DNA of 64,000 nt, from positions 124,001 to 188,000 of the forward strand of contig VRVR01000009.1 of assembly GCA_009859145.1 (NCBI GenBank), given 5' to 3'. The notes under the pieces were generated by a model. It saw only the letters and a program-made list of their open reading frames with translations. It was not told the origin of the DNA and ran no database searches. Below, in pieces: positions 41,002-52,400 of the stretch (positions are counted from its first letter, which is position 1; the number at the start of each line of letters is the position of its first letter). The DNA is from Andalucia godoyi And28. Lineage: Eukaryota > Protista > Jakobida. Both the position numbers and the translations under genes were made by a program.

Positions 41002-43371
41002 TCACCGGTTCGCTGACGGTTTCCAAAAGCTGACTGACTTATCGAGAGATCCGACTGCGAGAACGGGGGATTTCGGCGCCCATCGCACAACGGTAATGGG
41101 GGAAGTGTGAACCTGTTCCAGCGACGATGAAGGAAGGACACCAAACGTCGAAAGATCATACACAATCGGAATGTTGCGGTCATCAACGGTCGCAAAATAA
41201 CGTGAATCGTGCGACCACGAAATAGGAGAGCCAGAAACATGATCACCACGGAACACAGCGACAACCTGCATAGTCTTGTAGGACCATAAGCGCACAGCGT
41301 CCTTTCCGGCTGTAGCAAAGTACTCTCCGTTCGGAGAAAATAGGACCTTCGAAACGGGTGACGGAAACACGAGAACGTTCACAGAAGACCAGGATCGCGA
41401 ATCGAGGAACAGCACCTTCCTGTCCAATCCAGAGGAAGCAAGGATATTGGAAGCCGCGTTCAGCTCGTAGCGCCAATCAAGAGACAATATAGCACCCTTA
41501 TGATAATCAACGAATTGTTTGATACGACCGACACAAGAATCAAATAACACGATGCGAGAGTCTCCGCCGCCAGAAACCAGATTGTCGCCGGACCATGCAA
41601 GTGCAGCAATGTACGACACATGCGCTTTCAGTTTCTGTGTGTACTTCTGTCTGGACACATTCCAGATGAACACATACTGGTCGGAGCCACCGGATGCCAA
41701 CAGTTCGGAAGTGGCATTAAAAACAACTGAGCCGACAGCAAGATTGTGCCCAATCAAACTGGTAGAGCTATACTTTGAATCAGAGCCATCAGGTACTGTG
41801 CACAGACCCAGTTGGCGTTGTCTGTCATACACAAAACACTCACCAGAAGGCGCGTATTCCAGAAACTGAGAGGAAGAGCCAGATTCAATTCGAAAATCTT
41901 CCCAAAGCCGACCATCATCCGTGCCGCTATCTAGTGAGGAAGTGTTCAAAACAGACACGAAAAACCCTCCAGAAACTGCAAGATTCGGGGCTTTTGGGTC
42001 CCAAGACAAGCATTTCACGGGGGCCTTGAGATTCACAAACGTACGGACGTGATGCAGTGAAAGGGGATCTGAGGCGGAATGCTTGTCAGACACAGCTGTA
42101 CTCTGATTTGCGGACACGGATGACACGACATCTTGGCAGACTTCGTCCTTGACAAAAACAGAGGCGTATGCTGGACCGACATCCATAGGAACCGGAGGTG
42201 GTCGCAATGGCAGTCGATTCAATTCTGGATACATATCCCTCAGCATCGCCGATCGTCTCTGAATGTCTTTCGCTCTGGCAATCTGCTGAGGGTCAGAATG
42301 GGAAATGATCGATCGCGCTCTATATTTTTCGATCTGTATCTGGGTCTTTTGCCTCGCAACATTCCACAGAGATTCCGAGTCTTCCTGCCGATCCATGTCG
42401 GATGCTTCCACAATCGTAGCACGCTGAGGGGGTTTGATTGGAGTGTCTGAAGTTGAGATCGACTCGAAGACGATTCCTTTAAAGAACGGATGCTCACGAA
42501 CTTCCTGAGAGAACCCCTTCTCAGCACTGCACCCAAGTCGCTTGCTGATGTCTGGGCTGAGAAGCTTGTCAATCAAATCTTTAGCATCCGGATGCATATC
42601 CCGAGGCCAATACACTTCTCGTGAAACAATTTTTTGATACGTCAAAGTAACAGAAGAAGCAAAGAACGGAGATGTCCCGACAAGAGCCTCGTAAACCACG
42701 CAGCCATATGCCCACCAATCGACTCCAAAATCATACGTTGAGTTCTTCAACACTTCTGGGGCAAGGTACTCGGCAGTCCCGCAAAACGTATGAAGTCCGG
42801 GTCCTTCAATCTTTTTGGCAATTCCGAAATCAACTAGCTTCAAATGGCCGGTGCCGTCCAGCAGCAGATTCTCCGGTTTAATGTCGCGGTGTACTACGCC
42901 TCGGCTATGGGTATACTCCAGTGCAAGAAGCAACTCCGCTGCATAGAATCGCACGACATCCAGCAACGGAATTGTAAACGACGAATCTCGGATATGCGAA
43001 AACAACTCTCCACCTGAGACCAGTTCCATGACAAGGTACAGCTTCTTAGAGTCTGCAAATGTGAAGAACAGTCTAGAAATGTTTGGATGGCTCAAAGTGG
43101 ACAAGATAGATTTTTCCGACTTCACATATTTTGTCTGCTTTGCACGAATAAGCTGTTCCTTGCGCAAGATCTTCGCGGCATAAATGCATCCATTGTCCTT
43201 CTTCTTGCATAGCCGGACTTGTCCGAAAGCTCCTTCGCCAAGAATCTGTCCAAACTCAAACTGATCTTTTGAAATGCTCGACACAGAAGCAGTTCTTCCC
43301 CGCGAAGACTCTTCTCCCAGCTTTCCATTTCTGGCAGTTCCACTCGGGTTCAAATCCGGCTCAGGATCCAT
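41002..43371 (-). CDS. AGC-group Ser/Thr kinase fused to a C-terminal WD40 beta-propeller
   Basis: GEGAFGQV, AAKIL, HRDIKPEN, DFG, TFCGTAEYLAPE, DWWAYG, HPFF; then WD repeats (GHNLAVGSVVFN..LASGGSDQYVFIWN, VGSLDKSVSFWK); ATG at 43371. Confidence 0.88.
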   Translation of the reverse strand: MDPEPDLNPSGTARNGKLGEESSRGRTASVSSISKDQFEFGQILGEGAFGQVRLCKKKDNGCIYAAKILRKEQLIRAKQTKYVKSEKSILSTLSHPNISRLFFTFADSKKLYLVMELVSGGELFSHIRDSSFTIPLLDVVRFYAAELLLALEYTHSRGVVHRDIKPENLLLDGTGHLKLVDFGIAKKIEGPGLHTFCGTAEYLAPEVLKNSTYDFGVDWWAYGCVVYEALVGTSPFFASSVTLTYQKIVSREVYWPRDMHPDAKDLIDKLLSPDISKRLGCSAEKGFSQEVREHPFFKGIVFESISTSDTPIKPPQRATIVEASDMDRQEDSESLWNVARQKTQIQIEKYRARSIISHSDPQQIARAKDIQRRSAMLRDMYPELNRLPLRPPPVPMDVGPAYASVFVKDEVCQDVVSSVSANQSTAVSDKHSASDPLSLHHVRTFVNLKAPVKCLSWDPKAPNLAVSGGFFVSVLNTSSLDSGTDDGRLWEDFRIESGSSSQFLEYAPSGECFVYDRQRQLGLCTVPDGSDSKYSSTSLIGHNLAVGSVVFNATSELLASGGSDQYVFIWNVSRQKYTQKLKAHVSYIAALAWSGDNLVSGGGDSRIVLFDSCVGRIKQFVDYHKGAILSLDWRYELNAASNILASSGLDRKVLFLDSRSWSSVNVLVFPSPVSKVLFSPNGEYFATAGKDAVRLWSYKTMQVVAVFRGDHVSGSPISWSHDSRYFATVDDRNIPIVYDLSTFGVLPSSSLEQVHTSPITVVRWAPKSPVLAVGSLDKSVSFWKPSANR

Positions 43372-43437
43372 TATCCGCCTATGAAATGACAACAGATCAA
43401 TGAATAACAACAGACTGCAGCGGAAGGAAACAGACAC

Positions 43438-43490
43438 TGGAAAGAGGAAAGAGGAAAGAGGAAAGAGGAAAGAGGAAAGAGAAAAGAGAA
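43438..43490 (+). repeat. GAGGAAA heptamer tandem repeat (~5 units)
   Basis: ggaaagaggaaagaggaaagaggaaagaggaaagaggaaaga upstream of the kinase gene. Confidence 0.8.
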
Positions 43491-43720
43491 GTGAGAAAGC
43501 ATGAAGAAGGAAGACGATGGCTTTTTGCATGACGCAGGAATTGAAGAGGGGACGGGACTACTATTTTCTTACGACAGACAGACACGCACACTCCCGCACA
43601 GAAAAGAGAGAAGACTGTGAAAACAAAAAACCTTTAAAAATAAAATAAAATAAAAATGATCACAATAAGAGCACACGAATGGCATTTTTGAAACTCCGAT
43701 GCAGTTGATAACGAGAAACT

Positions 43721-46030
43721 TTAAAACCTCCAATCCGCTGCGGTGTCCAGCGTCCATTTGAACTTCTTGAGCATGGTATTCGAGAACACTTTGTTGACAG
43801 GAACGTCATTCTTCTTGCACCATGCAATCGAAATGCGTGGATCCATGTAGTTGATCTTGGACGTTGTCAAAGACACAGCTTTCGTATCGTCCTTGATCGC
43901 CATCTGCGCCTTCTTATTCGACAGACTCTCTTCAGCACGCTTCACTGCACTCAGTAACGACTCTAAACTGGAAGGCATTGGCTTCGGTTTCCATTCAGCA
44001 GATTCCAGCTTCTGTTTGCGCTTGGTGTCTGCTTCCGTCCACGCTTGCAGACGTTCCAGATGGACAGCAGCCATCTGATCTTCCTTCTCCTTCATCTTGA
44101 TCTCGAAATCTGCCCTCTCTGCGGCAAGCTGAGCCTCAAACATGGGCTTCTTGTGCTTCTCTTCGTAAGAGTCCCAGAGCTTGCTTGCAGCTTCTTTGCC
44201 AGACTGATCCCACACGCGAGCGCTCGATCGTAGCTGCTCCAACGAAATCTCATCCGCCGTGACTTTCGTTTGCATCTTCTCCATAACCTTTTGGTGCCCC
44301 TTTGGCAAGGATCGTTGATGGTTGCAGAGTATGGCAACATCTCGATTGGCAGCATTGTAAATCACGAGTTTTTCTGAAACTGTCAGAGACGAACAGACTT
44401 CGCGTTCATGCAGCAGCTTATCCAATAAAAAGGAGGCGTTAAACGTACGGAAAACCTTCGCCGTAAGCCCATCCATGAGCTCCTTCAGATAACTGTTGAG
44501 TTTTGCAGGGACCAACCTGTCAAAGACGTCCACTCCCACTTTCTTGCCCTTTTTAAAACGAGACAGATTTCTGTACACTTGCTCGTCAACCTTCACAGTA
44601 TTCGTGTACTGAATCGAATCCTTACCCAGAAAATCAAATGTAACAGTGTTATTTCCTTCAAGAACGACGTGTTCCACGCGAAGAGAGCAGCAGCCAACAG
44701 TGTCTGCCTCGTCTTCACCCTTTTCATTTCCCACACGAAGCGCAAGCTTGTCAATTAGGTACAGAGCGGTGGCCCGTTGCCGGACTTCCTCATCCTTGTC
44801 GTGCAGCTCTTTGGTGTAGCCCTCGCGAATATCATCAATACAGTCCTTCAGTCTCCGAGCCTTTTCATATTTCTCGTAATCGGAAAGCGTCTTGAAAGTG
44901 GAATCCGCCGCCAAGAACACATACTTGAAAGAATCATTGATAGTGTCCTTCCAGAAAGCAAGCCAAGTTACAGTATTGTCGTGGATGACATTTGCCCAGG
45001 CATGTCCAGCAGGCGGCTTGGGAATTTGATCATTCTCTCCACAGTTGATAGTAACGTCTTCAGGCTGGATGCGCGGCTTCACCTTGCCCATATTCGGATG
45101 CTCACCGCGTCCGCGGAACAGACCTGGTGGTTCTACTCTAAAGTTTCCAACTCGCTCCTTCCTTCCATCAATCGTAGCGAATGCATACGGTTCTTCCATT
45201 TCATCCTTTTCCTTTTTCGCCTTTTGCTTCTCTTCTCGACTCAACAAGTTCTTCTTCGCTCGTTGCAGTGCCAAGAGTTCCGCAATCGGTCTGAAATCGC
45301 ACTTATCCAGCGTGTCAATCACGTGGTCGGGACCAAGAACTTTGACAAAATCCGCCCAAAAGTTTTGATTAAACACAGGTTTCTGCGGGTAGTCGGAATT
45401 CAGACACGCAGCATACATTGTTGCGTATTCTTCCTGAGCGGCTGTCAAGTCAACGGGTCTTCCATCATACAGCATCTTCACTCCATGAGCCTCGTATGCC
45501 GGGGGAAACAGCACACCATTATGATGCAGTGACGTCCACTTTATGGTACCCTTTTTCATTGAAAGAGCATTGTCGTCTGCATTCCACCATTCCATTCCAT
45601 CTTCTTTCTCCTCGTCTTCGTCAACGTCTTCAATTACCGCCTCTTTTCCCTTCCGCTTTTGTGGAGCAGCCGCCTCCTCTTTTCCCATCTGCTTTTGTGG
45701 AGCAGCCGCCGCCTCTTTTCCCTTCTGCTTTTGTGGAGCAGCTGCCGCCTCTTTTCCCTTATGCTTTTGTGGAGCAGCTGCCGCCTCTTTTCCTTTCACT
45801 GGAACAGCCTTTTCCTTTTGCTTTTCCGGTTCCTTTGTGTGAGTATGTGCAGCAGGCTTTGCTTTTTTCGAAGGTCTCACCGGAGACTGATCATCGTCGA
45901 GCACCCGTTTTGCTCGTGCGGCAGGAGGCTTTGAAGACAGAGGTTTTGCCGGTATTGGCTTCGCAGGTGTCGAGGCAGCTTTCCTGGCAGCGAGAACCGT
46001 CAGAGGAATGTCATCATCGCTGTCTGACAT
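43721..46030 (-). CDS. TOP1: DNA topoisomerase IB
   Basis: KWTSLHHNGVLFPP, EPPGLFRGRGEHP, LALRVGNEK, DTVGCCSLRVEH, FLGKDSI, KVFRTFNAS, CNHQR, catalytic SKINYMDPRI; ATG at 46030. Confidence 0.97.
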   Translation of the reverse strand: MSDSDDDIPLTVLAARKAASTPAKPIPAKPLSSKPPAARAKRVLDDDQSPVRPSKKAKPAAHTHTKEPEKQKEKAVPVKGKEAAAAPQKHKGKEAAAAPQKQKGKEAAAAPQKQMGKEEAAAPQKRKGKEAVIEDVDEDEEKEDGMEWWNADDNALSMKKGTIKWTSLHHNGVLFPPAYEAHGVKMLYDGRPVDLTAAQEEYATMYAACLNSDYPQKPVFNQNFWADFVKVLGPDHVIDTLDKCDFRPIAELLALQRAKKNLLSREEKQKAKKEKDEMEEPYAFATIDGRKERVGNFRVEPPGLFRGRGEHPNMGKVKPRIQPEDVTINCGENDQIPKPPAGHAWANVIHDNTVTWLAFWKDTINDSFKYVFLAADSTFKTLSDYEKYEKARRLKDCIDDIREGYTKELHDKDEEVRQRATALYLIDKLALRVGNEKGEDEADTVGCCSLRVEHVVLEGNNTVTFDFLGKDSIQYTNTVKVDEQVYRNLSRFKKGKKVGVDVFDRLVPAKLNSYLKELMDGLTAKVFRTFNASFLLDKLLHEREVCSSLTVSEKLVIYNAANRDVAILCNHQRSLPKGHQKVMEKMQTKVTADEISLEQLRSSARVWDQSGKEAASKLWDSYEEKHKKPMFEAQLAAERADFEIKMKEKEDQMAAVHLERLQAWTEADTKRKQKLESAEWKPKPMPSSLESLLSAVKRAEESLSNKKAQMAIKDDTKAVSLTTSKINYMDPRISIAWCKKNDVPVNKVFSNTMLKKFKWTLDTAADWRF
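45640..45800 (-). repeat. 36-bp coding tandem repeat (KGKEAAAAPQKx, ~4.5 units) in the TOP1 N-terminus
   Basis: PVKGKEAAAAPQKHKGKEAAAAPQKQKGKEAAAAPQKQMGKEEAAAPQKRKGKEA; near-identical DNA units. Confidence 0.9.
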
Positions 46031-46510
46031 TTGTACAAGTTGTACCCCAAAAAGGACGACGAGATTGGAGTACTGAAGCAGGACACGAAGCGAAACAAAA
46101 AAAAGGAACAGAAAACTGAAAAGGAAAAGCAGCAAATCCAAAACAAAAAAAACCATAAAGAAAAAATAAAAAGGCAGTGAATCGCAGGCCTGGGGTTTTC
46201 TTATCACAGAAACTGTCGATCAGCGACTTTCTGTCTTTCTTTTTGGAGGGAAAACGCCGCAGAAAGACGATGAGTATCAAGTGATGCTGCCGTCGAGCGA
46301 AGTGGCCAAGTCGACGAAGTCATACAAACCTTTTGCAAAGCAATGCGACGCTGTTAGTTTCTGCTTCCTCGTCCGCCGTTCGCTCCGCGTCTTGGTAAGT
46401 AGGTAGTCCGCGAAAGTCTAGTTTTTAAAAAACAAACAACAACACCCAAAAATTAAAAACAAAAAACAGCAAACAGAAAAAAAAAAAGGAATTTTAAAAA
46501 AAGTGGAAAA

Positions 46511-48075
46511 ATGGAAGAACTTAAAGCGCTGGGGAACAAGCTTTTTGAGAAAAAAGAGTATGAAGAAGCCGTCGAAGTATATTCACAGGCCTTGGATTTG
46601 GCTGCGGACAATGTTGCGCTTCTTTGCAACCGCGCACTGTGCTTCATTCGGCTAGGTATGTGTTTGCATTTTTGCTTCTGTCGGATGTGTTTTGCTCTTC
46701 TTATTGAGCAATGGGCATCACCTCCTTCCACCACACACACACACACACACACTCCCCACTTTTTTTGAATTTTTATTGCTTATTTCACTTTTTGTTTGCA
46801 AAATGGTGTATAGAAAAGTATGGCGGTGCATTGGAGGATGCGAATGCAGCGCTGGTTGCGGATCCGATGAGTGCAAAAGCACATTATCGACGAGGCGCCG
46901 CTCTTATGGGGCTGCTGAAGTACAAAGACGCTCTTGAGGATTTCCGCGCGGTAATGCGAATGAATCCGTCTGACCCGATTGCAAAGCAAAAGTTCACTCT
47001 TTGTGAAAAGGAGGTTCGTCGGATTGCGTTTGAAGAAGCGATTGAGAGTGAAGCAACGAAGGCATTGTGGCAGACACTGGACATCTCCAGCATGTCGATT
47101 GAGTCTACGTATGACGGCCCACAGGTTTGCCAGACACTGGAGGACGTTCGCCAGATTGCAGAGTTCATGCGGGGAGAAAAGAGAGTTCATAAGAGAATGA
47201 TGTGCGACATTCTCGTTCGAGCACGCAAGATTTTCATGGATCTGCCCTCACTTGTGGACATCAGTGTTCCGGAAGGCAACAAGATCACGGTGTGCGGTGA
47301 CACTCATGGCCAGTACTACGACCTGTTGAATATTTTCCAACGGAATGGATGGCCGTCATCGTCGAATCCGTATGTGTTCAACGGAGACTTTGTCGATCGC
47401 GGTTCCTTTTCTGTTGAAGTGATCTCTTTGTTGTTGGCATTCAAAGTTGTGGATCCTACCTGCATCCATTTGACACGTGGAAATCATGAAAGCCGCTCGC
47501 TGAACCGTGTGTATGGATTTGAAGGAGAGGTGCACCACAAATACAACGGTACCGTCTACACCCTCTTTCAGGAGGTGTTTGCGGTCTTGCCGCTTACGGT
47601 TATTCTGAACAAACGAGTGATGGTTGTGCATGGAGGCATTCCAGCCGATGAAAACGTCACCCTCGATGACATTCGAGCCATTTCACGAGAGGGCGATATT
47701 CCGGAATCGGGGGTCATGACAGAACTTTTGTGGGCTGACCCGCACCCTGGCCGAGGAAAGATTCCTTCGAAGAGAGGTGTTGGCACTCAATTTGGATCTG
47801 ACATCACTGCAGCTTTCCTGGCACGCAACGGACTTGACCTCTTGGTTCGGTCGCACGAAGTGAAGGAAAACGGATACGAAGAAATGCATCATGGAAAGTG
47901 CATTACCATCTTTTCTGCTCCAAATTATTGCGACCAAATGGGGAATAACGGGGCGTACATTGTGTTTACTGCAAATGCAGGGGGCGCGCTCACTAAGGAG
48001 TATGTCCAATTCCAGGCAGTGCCCCATCCGACCGTTCGTCCCATGCAATACTCTTCTATGGGCTCTTTCATGTAA
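46511..48075 (+). CDS. PPP5C: Serine/threonine protein phosphatase 5 (TPR + PPP domain); exons 46511-46655 and 46814-48075
   Basis: TPR ELKALGNKLF..YEEAVEVYSQAL; GDTHGQ, FNGDFVDRG, RGNHE, RSHEVK, FSAPNYCDQMGN, AVPHP. Confidence 0.96.
46656..46813 (+). other. Spliceosomal intron (158 nt, phase 1) in PP5
   Basis: Donor GTATGT after CGG CTA G; acceptor TAG before AA AAG TAT restores ...FIRLEKYGGALEDA; contains a (CA)n tract. Confidence 0.8.
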
Positions 48076-48688
48076 TTTTGAACACAATAGTGAAATGAAC
48101 TAGAAAAAGGCAAAACCTTTCAGCTGCTGCTCTCATCCTCCTCGTCATCCTCTTCTCTCTTGCTGTACTATCCTCCAACCCAAACGTCTTGTGGACAGTC
48201 ACAATTTCATCGGATAGTATGACTGAGCTGACAGCCGTCGACCTCCGACGAAAAATGGATTGTTTCTGTATGGATGCTCAGACCCCGCAGATGTCCCACT
48301 CCAAAGTACACATTTGATGGGTGCTCGTGCTGATCTGAAAAGTCATCATGTTTCATAAAATTTGTCCGAGGCGCAGCATGCGAGCCCAAAATGCTTGGAG
48401 AGGTATGCGTTTGAGGATAGTAGCTAACCAGAGGAGGTTGATGCTTCGTGATGGCATAGTTGATGGTACAATCCCGGCATTTGAAACGGGTCCTTCCAAT
48501 CTTTCCATCATCGATTCACAGTCATCAGTCTCTCTGTCTTTTATTGTCATCATTATTTTATTTTATTCATTTCCCCTTCTTTTCATTTCCCCCTTCTTCG
48601 TCTTCGTCACCTTTTCTGACTTTTGCCGTCATACAAAGACTGCTGCTGCGATCGCAATAGACAAGAAGGAGCGTAGTCAGGATCAATC

Positions 48689-49300
48689 ATGGTGCTTTTC
48701 TCAGTTGTTTCGTACGTTTCTCTATACTTGCTGCTTGCATTCTGTGCTCTGTGCATTGCAACCGGATTGTATTATCTTTCTGAAATCGCAGAGGAATATA
48801 CAGTTTTCACCAAGAAAAGCATTTCGTATGCCATTAAAGGCATCTGTGGAATTTATGGGTTGCTCTGGCTGTTTGGTGATCTGCCGTTCACATATGCGGC
48901 TTTTGGAGCAATCAGCCACGCTGTGTATGGGACATTGCTTCACGGGTTCCCGTTTTTCCAGGTTCGTCAGATCAAGTTCATTGCGTCAGTTGCGGTGTTC
49001 GTTCTGAGCCAGTGGGTCTGGTGGAGATACTTCACCTCGCCGTATGTGGAGGACTACTCTTCTATCCAGGTGCTCGCATTTTGCTTTGCAATGGTTTGGT
49101 CAACTCCATTCGCCTTCTTTATTTCATTGTCATTGTACGATTTCGGCATGCCAATTGATGGATTTGGACCTAAGGGTGGCGCGGCAAACATTGATAAAAA
49201 CGGCCCGCTGATGACCGGAAAGAAGCGCACCAGTTTGATGTCCATCGCGAAGAACAAGATTTCTTCGGTCGTGGACTCTGTGAAATCTTTGCGTCCTTGA
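48689..49300 (+). CDS. TEX261: TEX261/Svp26 ER-Golgi cargo adaptor
   Basis: LCIATGLYYLSEIAEEYTVFTKK, FCFAMVWSTPFAFFISLS. Confidence 0.9.
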   Translation: MVLFSVVSYVSLYLLLAFCALCIATGLYYLSEIAEEYTVFTKKSISYAIKGICGIYGLLWLFGDLPFTYAAFGAISHAVYGTLLHGFPFFQVRQIKFIASVAVFVLSQWVWWRYFTSPYVEDYSSIQVLAFCFAMVWSTPFAFFISLSLYDFGMPIDGFGPKGGAANIDKNGPLMTGKKRTSLMSIAKNKISSVVDSVKSLRP

Positions 49301-49407
49301 AAAAAAAATGAAGTCTCTTTTTCTGTAAAGTTATGTCAAATCAACTTCTAGAAAATTAATTAAAAAATAAAATAAAATTGAAAAGTGCGTAGGTTTTGGT
49401 AGATAAA

Positions 49408-52400
49408 TTACTGGTTTGGTGCGGCATCATCAATGCTCACAACTACATCCGCACCAATGTAACAGTCGGATACCACATGAGCAACCAAGTTTCCGGAATG
49501 CTCTTCAAGGGCAAATGACACTTCAACCGGTTCTTGCAAATTTCCTAACAGATACTGAACCCCGAGTACCTTGCGAGCCGTCGAATCAACAACCAACACC
49601 CACCACCCCTCGTGAAGCTTCGGGCAGACGCGAGAAAGCGGCTGATGTACAATGGGGACGATGGGTGCGGTTTCATCCGAATCCAGAGAGCGAACCAGCC
49701 GCAAGGCAACCTGCGTCGTCTCGGTAGTGGAAACCTCATGACTCACAGAAATGGACGGAAATGAATTGCAGAATTCAGCAATGTCCAGTTGCTGACTCTC
49801 CGTCAGTTCGGCAAAGAGCTGTGCTCGTGTGTCGTCTTCGCAGTCTGCCAAGTCCAAAGGGGTCTGAATGGAATGCGATTCACACAACTTGATCAAGTCT
49901 TTTGAGAAGTGCGGAACCTGCAACAGCGCTTGATACGCAGACTTCATCACCCACGTTCCCTGACAAAAGTATTGACTAAGCCGCATGGCAGTCAAACACG
50001 TGTCCGGAAGATTGAGAAGAGCGCAAACGTCAACACTGGCACGCAACAACGGCAGCAAACGACCAACTATCTCGCACAGCACTGTCGTCAGCAGCGGTCT
50101 AGAGTCGAGCAATTCATGGCGATCAAGATAGAGACACATCATGAGGAAAACCCGAGAAACAGACGCATCTGACGGCACACGAAGTGGTAGATGACGAGAT
50201 GCCAAGTCAAGAACATGTTTCTGGACGTGCTCCGGACTGTCGGCATCAAAGGCAATAAACTCAAGTCTGGAGACCATCGCTTGGATCTCCCCCGAATGAG
50301 AAATGAGATCCAGAAGCGTTCTTACCCCGCTCTGAGAGTCCAACTTGTCCCACAACAGCTTACCGGTCATTGGAGATACCGCATGAGAAGAGCAGATGGT
50401 GCCAAGCGGCGTCGCAGTGAGTTCTCCCTTTTCCTCAAAGGCGTCGCCCAGAATGCACGAATTTTCTGACAAAAGAGCACAATAAGAGTCAACAACTCCG
50501 GACAAATATTCTTTCATTCCGCGATTGAGATCATCGTCAGAAATGTGAGACACCAATTTTGGAGATAGAAATCCATAAAACGAAGGATTCAACCAGAATC
50601 TGCGATACGCAAAGGACCATGTAAACAATTCCAATACGTCCGGAACACTCGACACAGATGCCAACGCCACCTCTGAATTCAGCACGTTCAGGTACGGCGA
50701 GACTTGCATGGAGGCGTCCAGAAGACGCGATTCGAGGATAGGAAGATCCAGAAAACTACTCGAAAGAACATTCTCGTGCACATTCCTGCAAAATACGTGC
50801 ACAGAGTGGAAGGGACCATAAAATAGTCTGCGAAGAACAGCGAAATCAGGAGCGCTGCGGTTAAAGGGAGACAACGCCACGACACAGCGATCAAAGCCCG
50901 ATAGGGAAAACGAAACTTCAGTCAAATTCGCGACGTACATCACAGCATGCGGGTGTGATTTCGCAGACAAACTCGCAACGTCTTCCACAAACTGGATGTT
51001 CTCCATAGCCCGTAGTTTCATCTTCAACAAGAAGGAGTCTGTTATAATCAAGCACGGATCAGGGGCCAAGTTCAACTGTGCAGCAATGGACGACAACAGA
51101 GCATCTTCCGTCTGAATTCCAACAACGTGAACACGTGGGTGCTGTTGATCAGCAGAAAACATGTCCACCACTCGATTTTCCTGAACTCCAATCCATTCCA
51201 GCAGATTCCGAATATTTGCCACTGGAAGAAGTGAGCAATACATGGACACGGGACGCTGAGTGAGAGAAGATATGTACCGGGCTCTCGAAACCACAATTTC
51301 CAATGCAGGGGACAAGACCTCAAGACAGTCAATGGCATAGACATCAATTTCTCGAACAGCCCGCCTCTTGCGCCACCGCCTCTGCACAATCTCCCACACA
51401 TCGCATGTAGAAAGCAAGATCAAATTCTCCTTGGGATCGATGGAGACCGTGGCAGAGGACACCTTCAACACACGCAAATCACTTGATATCTCAGCCTCCA
51501 CAAACGCCTCAGCGGCAGCAAGATCGTTTTCTGAATGGACCAGAAAGACACATCGGAACGGCGATGCGGATTCTGATTTCCGAAGAGAAAAACACTGCAG
51601 GACAGAAACAACAAAAATTTTCCACACTGACCGGAAATGGGCAGAAGAGAGGAGTAGAAATGAGTCTCCTGGAGAAGTCGAGGTCAGCTGAAGCGCTCCT
51701 TCAACAGCTCCAACAACCTGATCTACGCTCAAGGAAGCGGACATGCGCGGAGGGACAATCATATCAAATGTGATGGGAAGCAACGAATCCGCAGACAAGA
51801 ACCTGTCCGAGCTCAATCTGATGAAGCACTGAAAAGGCCATTTTGGAGTGGAAACGTACATCTCCAAAATAAGAGACGACGACTGCTTGCCTGAACTGCG
51901 TCGAAACACACCCAAAGACACCACGTCTGTCCACAAAATATCTCCTCCAGAGCCAGACTCGACGTTCACGAGCACAGCATGTCTGCCAGGGACAGCATCC
52001 ATCAGAGATCCGATGTCAAAATCGCATTGCACGCTAAGCAGAAACTTGAAGAAATTGTAAGAAAGTGGTTGCACAGCTGCGGTCAAACGGAACCTTGGAA
52101 GAAGCTGGATAGCCGAGTGGATGTCGTGGCAAACATCAGAGGGGGCATTCAGAACATCCATCAGATCGGCCTCGGAAAGATGAAACAAGGACGCAGCCGG
52201 GACGCCTTTCTTTTCAATGGCCGACAAGGCATTTCTAACATCCACACTGGACAGCGGAAACTGTCGAAGCGGGCACTGGCAAGCCCACAGTCTATGCTCT
52301 ACCTGAACCGCCCATCTTAGCGTGCACAGGGCAGCCGGGCCATTTCGGAAAGCCACAGACAGAGAATGAAGGGCACGAAGCAGCCTTCCAGCCGATGCAG

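Noticed and set aside
48270-48352. Possible minus-strand box C/D snoRNA (ATGATGA...GGACATCTGCGGGGT-CTGA)
   Set aside because: The guide matches the recalled SSU rRNA motif CCCUUAGAUGUCC only partly, with mismatches near the D box, and the terminal stem is weak. It would need snoscan against this organism's rRNA.
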